Of a DNA stretch of 28,241 bases, positions 23,478 through 28,241 are shown piece after piece (the first letter of the stretch is position 1; each line of letters starts with the position of its first letter). A program made the position numbers and the translations under genes. The stretch is taken from the NCBI GenBank assembly GCA_036338695.1, contig JAYZBQ010000080.1:1-28241 (forward strand), written 5' to 3'. Under the pieces are notes generated by a model, which was given only the letters and a program-made list of their open reading frames with translations, did no database searches and was not told the origin of the DNA. This stretch comes from Myxococcota bacterium (GTDB lineage Bacteria; Myxococcota; UBA4151).

Positions 23478-24680
23478 TCAGTCCGTAGCCAGCGCTGCCG
23501 GTGCGAGGCGCGCCAGGACCAAGCTCGCCGCAACCGCCCCAAAGCCCACCATCCGCACCGTCTGAGTGCGTGCCCTTGCTTCTTGAAAGGCGTCGTAATT
23601 GTCGGTGGTGGCGGCGCCGAGATAAGTGCTCAGGCCAGAGTGGTAATCGAGGATGCTGTAGCCAAAGGCGAGCGTTCCACCCACCAGCAAGGACACACCG
23701 GTTCCATGCATGACCGAGCGCGTGAGCCGTTGCACGGCGCGCCGGTTTTGAACGTTCTGCGCGCCTTCAAAGAGGTGCTCAAGCGCTGTTCGTGTCAGCC
23801 CCAAGATGGCGTTGGGGAGGTCGACCTCCCGTGCGACGGTGCGGGAGACCCGAGCGCGCACACGCGCCGCCTCGACATCCAAGATTTTCAGGTTGAGCAC
23901 GAACTGACCGCCCAGCTTGCCCATGGTCGGCACCGCCATAAACGGTACGCCCAGGGCGCCGCCGATCTCGGCCATGCAGCTGTCGTCGTTGCAGCCCAGC
24001 GCGTTTTTTTGCTGCTCGAGGTCGAGCATCTGCTTGATGTCCTCGCCCGAGACGACGCTGGCGAAGCGGCCTGAGTCGGTCAGGTTGGAGAGCAGGATGT
24101 CGCTGAGCACTCGCGCCATCGAGGGCTTGACGCCGTGGACCGCCTCGAGATCGAACACGGCGACGCCTTCGACCTGCCCTTGCGTGGTCTCGACCTTCTC
24201 TTTGGTCGCCTTGGACCCGCCGGTCTTGGTGAAGAACTCGTCCAGACCGTCGGTGACCAGCGCCTTGAGCGCGCTCGGCACCGAGGCCTTGTCCTTGATC
24301 AAGGTCTGGCGGCGCACCACCACGGTGGCTTCTCGGGTGTCGAGCAGCGCATAGCTCAGCGTGATCTGTCCGCCGACGGTGCCGAGCTTAGCGGTGAGCA
24401 GGTGTCCGACGTTAAGCGCGGCGCCGAGCTCCGACAGGCAGCTGGTCTGGTCGCAGCCCATCGCCATCTTCTGCTGCTCTAAGCTGAGCAGGTTGCTGAG
24501 GTCTTGCCCGCTGATCACCGCGGCGAAGCGCTCATCGCTGGAGAATTCGGCGAGCAGCAGGTCCTCGACCAGGCGGCACTCGGCGGCGTCCATCGCCACA
24601 CAATCGAGAGGCGCCGCAGCGACCTTAGCGGCTGCGCCGTCGGCTGGTGCGGCGAGCAGCAACAGGCTCAAGCTGAGCAT
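23478..24680 (-). CDS. Exported protein with two tandem CsgG/TolB_N-like domains and a hydrophobic C-terminus
   Basis: AAGGGAGGT RBS, ATG 24680; signal-like MLSLSLLLLAAP; two copies of LxLEQQKxAxGCxxxSCxxExGxALxV...GxxGGQ. Confidence 0.75.
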   Translation of the reverse strand: MLSLSLLLLAAPADGAAAKVAAAPLDCVAMDAAECRLVEDLLLAEFSSDERFAAVISGQDLSNLLSLEQQKMAMGCDQTSCLSELGAALNVGHLLTAKLGTVGGQITLSYALLDTREATVVVRRQTLIKDKASVPSALKALVTDGLDEFFTKTGGSKATKEKVETTQGQVEGVAVFDLEAVHGVKPSMARVLSDILLSNLTDSGRFASVVSGEDIKQMLDLEQQKNALGCNDDSCMAEIGGALGVPFMAVPTMGKLGGQFVLNLKILDVEAARVRARVSRTVAREVDLPNAILGLTRTALEHLFEGAQNVQNRRAVQRLTRSVMHGTGVSLLVGGTLAFGYSILDYHSGLSTYLGAATTDNYDAFQEARARTQTVRMVGFGAVAASLVLARLAPAALATD

Positions 24681-24810
24681 GGCGAGACCTCCCTTACGTG
24701 CCGCTCGTGTAACGCCGAGCGTGCGCAAGGACAACCGGCCTCGCGGTCTTGAGCTTCGGGGCGCCTTGGGGTTTAACTCAGCCGCCGCACGAGGCGGCGA
24801 AGGATAAGCG

Positions 24811-27717
24811 ATGCGCGCCATGACCGCGAGCCGACTGAGCCTTTGGATCGTTTGCCTTTTGGCGCCGGTGGGTTGCGGCGAGGCATTGGCGCCCTCTTTT
24901 GACCAGGTCCGGCCGGCGTGTTCGGCGCAGGCGCCGTGTGCGGCGCCGTGGGTCTGTCACCAGGGCGTATGCTTGGAGCCGGTCGAGCGCTGCGACAACG
25001 ACGGTGTGGTCGAGCCAGGAGAAGCCTGCGATGACGGCAACGCGGTCGATACGGACGCCTGCACCACGGGCTGCCGCGTGGCGGTCTGCGGCGACGGCTT
25101 GACGCGCACCGACATCGGCGAGGGCGAGGCCGGTTTTGAAGCCTGCGACGACGGCAACGCCGTCAACGAGGACGGCTGCCTCAACGGCTGCGTCGTGGCG
25201 CGCTGCGGCGACGGCGTGGTGCGAGCCGACTTAGCCCCCGGAGTAGCCGGCTCCGAGGACTGCGACGACGTCAACGGCGTGATGGAGGACGCCTGCACCA
25301 ACGACTGTCAGGCGGCGCGCTGCGGCGACGGCATCCTGCGCACGGACCTCGCCGCAGGCGATGAGGATTTTGAGGCTTGCGACGACGGTGACGGCAGCGA
25401 CGCCAACCGCTGCACCAACGGCTGCACCCTCGCCGTCTGCGGCGACGGGATCGTCTATGCGGGGGTCGAGGCTTGCGATGACGGCAACGATCAAGAAGAC
25501 GACGGCTGCCGCAACGACTGCACGGTGATCCGCTGCGGCGACGGGATCGTCGACGGCGGCGAAGCATGCGATGACGGCAACGCCGACTCGGGCGATGACT
25601 GCACCAACGCCTGCACGCTTGCGGCCTGTGGTGACGGCTCCCTGCGCAGCAACCGATATCTGGGTGAGGACGGCTACGAGGTCTGCGACGACGGCAACGC
25701 CGACGACACCGACGCCTGCGTTGGCGACTGCGTGCCGGCGGTCTGCGGCGACGGCTTTGTACGCGCCGGCGTCGAGACCTGTGATGACGGCAACGCCGAG
25801 GACGACGACGCCTGCCCGAACAGCTGCGGCGCAGGCTATGTGGCGCTTGCGGCCACCGCGACCCGCCGCTGCGCCGTGAGCGAGGCCGGTGAGCTGGTGT
25901 GTTGGGGCTCGAATGAGGGCGGCTACTTTGACCAAGACTTGCCCGAAATTCTACCCGAGGCGACTGTGATCCCAGGCTTCGATGGCCTGACCGATCTGTG
26001 CCTGGGTGACGCAGGCTTTTGCACCTTGGATGCACAGGGCGTGGTGCGCTGCGCCGGGCGCGTCGAGGGGCAGCCGTCGCGGCTGCAGCGTGAGCTGCCA
26101 CAGGATCTCGCCGTCTCGCAGGGGATCGCCTGCCTGGGTGAGCGGGCGTGCTCGGTCTCGGCGCAGGGCGCGCTGAGCTGCTGGGGCGAGCCCTACGACG
26201 GCGGCGAAGCGCAAGGGTACTTGATCAAACCAGGCGTTGACGAGCTCAGCGTGGCGTCGGTGCGGTTTCACCCGACAGAGGCTGGCTCGGCGCTTTGTAT
26301 CCTGACCACGCAAGGCGTCTTTGACTGCTGGGGTGAGCTGCCCGAGCGCTGGGAGCCGCCGTCGCAGGCGCCGCCGTTTCAGGACTGTCTCTTGGAGCGC
26401 CAGGGTCAAAGTCATTGTCTTGAGCGTGCGACCGATGAGGCGGGCAACGCCGCGTTGCGTATCTACTCGGCGGGAGGCGGTTTGAGCGGCTCGACAGAGC
26501 GCGCCTACCGCCAGCTCCTGGCGCCGTTTATCGCGCTGAACGCGCAAGGGGTCCTCGCCGGATTTACCGATCTTGGCAGGGCTGCGACGCCTTCGCTGCC
26601 CAGTGAGTTTGATCGGCGAATACGCCGCCTGGCTCTGGAGCCTTCGGGGCAAAATCAGTGGGGCTGCGTGCTGGACTGGCGCGGCCGGCCGGGCTGTTGG
26701 GGCTCGAACCGCTGGGGTCAGGTGGGCAACGGCGAGTCTGAGTTGTTGTTGGCGCCCACGGTGATCCCCGAGAGCGAGGGGGTCGAGCGGCTCGAGTTGA
26801 TCGGCGGCGCGCAGTTGCGCCTGCACAGCAACACCTTGACCGGGCTGGTGGGCGCGCCGGAGGCGCCGCCTCAGGTCCTGAGCTTCGCCGCCGTGAACTC
26901 GGCTTCGGCCTGCGTCATCGACCGCCTCGGCGATGTGCGCTGCACCGGTCAGGCCGGGATGACGGGCTTGGGCTTGCAGGCGCTGCGGGTCAGGGAGGTG
27001 CGCAGCTGGCAGGAGTGGCCGCTGGAGGAGGCGGTCACGCGCCTTGAGGCGCACAGGACCTACGGCTGCAGCCAGCGCAGCGACGAGCGCCTTTGGTGTC
27101 ACGGCAACGCCCTCGCCGAGCCTGCGCTCGTACCGCTCGCATCGCCCGCAGCCGATTTCGCCGTGGCGCAGTCGGGCGGCTGCGCGCTCTCGAGCGGCGC
27201 GGTCTGGTGCTGGGGGCAGGTGCCGCAGATTCGCGCCGAGCGCGTGACGGATCAGCAGTGGCTCGAGGCCGCCGCAGACATCACGCCGGGCGCCATGACG
27301 GCTCCGGTCGAGTTGGTTTCGGTCACGCTCGGCTCGCAGCTGTGCGGTGTGAGCGCCGAGTCGGCGCTGTGGTGCTTTACGCCCGATCAAGGCTGGTCGG
27401 AGCAGGTGGAGGTGGGCGCAGTCAGCGCCCTAGCCGCCGCCGTCGATGGTCACAGCCTCGGCGTTCAGTGCGCGCTGGCGCAAGGGCAGGTGTGGTGCTG
27501 GGGCGACCTGAACGCAAACGCTCAAGCCGGCGCAGGCGTCTTTGGCGTGCCGATCGTTGCGCCGCGGCGCGTTGGTGAGCTCGAGGAGGTGCAGCGCCTG
27601 ACGGTGACCCCGACCAACGTCTGCGTCGACGCAGCAGGGGCTTGGCGATGCTGGGGGCAGGCGCTCAACAACGAGCACGATGACGACCGCTTGTACCCGG
27701 TGGTGCGGCGCGATTGA
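24811..27717 (+). CDS. DUF4215 repeat lipoprotein (8 repeats) with a long, divergent RCC1-like region
   Basis: Lipobox PVG-C; N-terminal CSxxxPCxxPWVCHQGVC module; CDDGN repeats; many CWG-type blades (LVCWGSNEGG, GCWGSNRWGQVGNG, VWCWG). Confidence 0.88.
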   Translation: MRAMTASRLSLWIVCLLAPVGCGEALAPSFDQVRPACSAQAPCAAPWVCHQGVCLEPVERCDNDGVVEPGEACDDGNAVDTDACTTGCRVAVCGDGLTRTDIGEGEAGFEACDDGNAVNEDGCLNGCVVARCGDGVVRADLAPGVAGSEDCDDVNGVMEDACTNDCQAARCGDGILRTDLAAGDEDFEACDDGDGSDANRCTNGCTLAVCGDGIVYAGVEACDDGNDQEDDGCRNDCTVIRCGDGIVDGGEACDDGNADSGDDCTNACTLAACGDGSLRSNRYLGEDGYEVCDDGNADDTDACVGDCVPAVCGDGFVRAGVETCDDGNAEDDDACPNSCGAGYVALAATATRRCAVSEAGELVCWGSNEGGYFDQDLPEILPEATVIPGFDGLTDLCLGDAGFCTLDAQGVVRCAGRVEGQPSRLQRELPQDLAVSQGIACLGERACSVSAQGALSCWGEPYDGGEAQGYLIKPGVDELSVASVRFHPTEAGSALCILTTQGVFDCWGELPERWEPPSQAPPFQDCLLERQGQSHCLERATDEAGNAALRIYSAGGGLSGSTERAYRQLLAPFIALNAQGVLAGFTDLGRAATPSLPSEFDRRIRRLALEPSGQNQWGCVLDWRGRPGCWGSNRWGQVGNGESELLLAPTVIPESEGVERLELIGGAQLRLHSNTLTGLVGAPEAPPQVLSFAAVNSASACVIDRLGDVRCTGQAGMTGLGLQALRVREVRSWQEWPLEEAVTRLEAHRTYGCSQRSDERLWCHGNALAEPALVPLASPAADFAVAQSGGCALSSGAVWCWGQVPQIRAERVTDQQWLEAAADITPGAMTAPVELVSVTLGSQLCGVSAESALWCFTPDQGWSEQVEVGAVSALAAAVDGHSLGVQCALAQGQVWCWGDLNANAQAGAGVFGVPIVAPRRVGELEEVQRLTVTPTNVCVDAAGAWRCWGQALNNEHDDDRLYPVVRRD

Positions 27718-28241
27718 TGCGCCGGCTCGCCTTAGCGCTCATCGCGCTGATCGCCTGCGCGCCGCCGGACTTTGGCGTGGCGCCGCCGTGCTCGGTCGAT
27801 ACCGACTGCGGCGCCGGCTTGGTCTGCCACCAAGGCAGCTGTTTGGTGCGCGCCGCGCGCTGCAATCAAGACGGCGTGCTTGATGAGGGCGAGCGCTGCG
27901 ACGACGGCAACGACGATGAGACCGACGCGTGCTTGAATAACTGCACCCCGGCGCGCTGCGGCGACGGCGTGGTGCGTGCAGGGCTTGCGACCGGATCGCC
28001 TGGCTACGAGGCCTGCGATGACGGCAACACGAGCAACACGGACGCGTGCCTAAACGACTGCAGCGCAGCCGCCTGCGGCGACGGCTTGCAGCGCACGGAT
28101 CTGCTGGCTGGTGAAGAGGGCTTTGAGGCTTGCGATGACGGCAACCGGGTCGACGGCGACGGCTGCACCGGGCGATGCCAGGTCAACACCTGCGGTGACG
28201 GGATCGTGCATGAGGGCGTTGAAGCCTGCGATGACGGCAAC
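27717..28241 (+). CDS. DUF4215 repeat lipoprotein, 5' part only (runs off the window; not in the ORF track)
   Basis: TGATG stop/start overlap at 27715-27719; [42 protein letters not shown]...; at least 4 CDDGN units. Confidence 0.88.
   Translation, partial: MRRLALALIALIACAPPDFGVAPPCSVDTDCGAGLVCHQGSCLVRAARCNQDGVLDEGERCDDGNDDETDACLNNCTPARCGDGVVRAGLATGSPGYEACDDGNTSNTDACLNDCSAAACGDGLQRTDLLAGEEGFEACDDGNRVDGDGCTGRCQVNTCGDGIVHEGVEACDDGN

Overview
GC-rich bacterial DNA, most likely from a marine, sunlit-water Myxococcota (inferred from myxobacterial Cys-rich repeats, a kinase-FGE fusion and a blue-tuned proteorhodopsin). The window opens at the right end of an element integrated in a tRNA: a 23-bp tRNA 3' fragment, arm-like repeats and a terminator. 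About 18 CDS follow, 11-12 of them predicted lipoproteins. Five are DUF4215/myxo_disulf_rpt (CDDGN) repeat lipoproteins, and the four complete ones carry different C-terminal tips: RCC1-like (twice), an ALK/LTK-like glycine-rich domain and an unassigned Cys/His domain. Three of them share an upstream TCGACA-N17-CAnnnT element. Also present are an orphan DTE/Q105 proteorhodopsin, a metzincin protease with eukaryote-like Cys modules, a Ser/Thr kinase-FGE fusion, a violaxanthin de-epoxidase-like gene split by one in-frame TGA, a KamA radical SAM enzyme, a DUF5995-like protein, a CIA30 protein and a tandem CsgG/TolB_N-like protein. All family calls come from motif recognition by eye; no database search was run. 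Most other ORFs in the supplied track are shadow frames.
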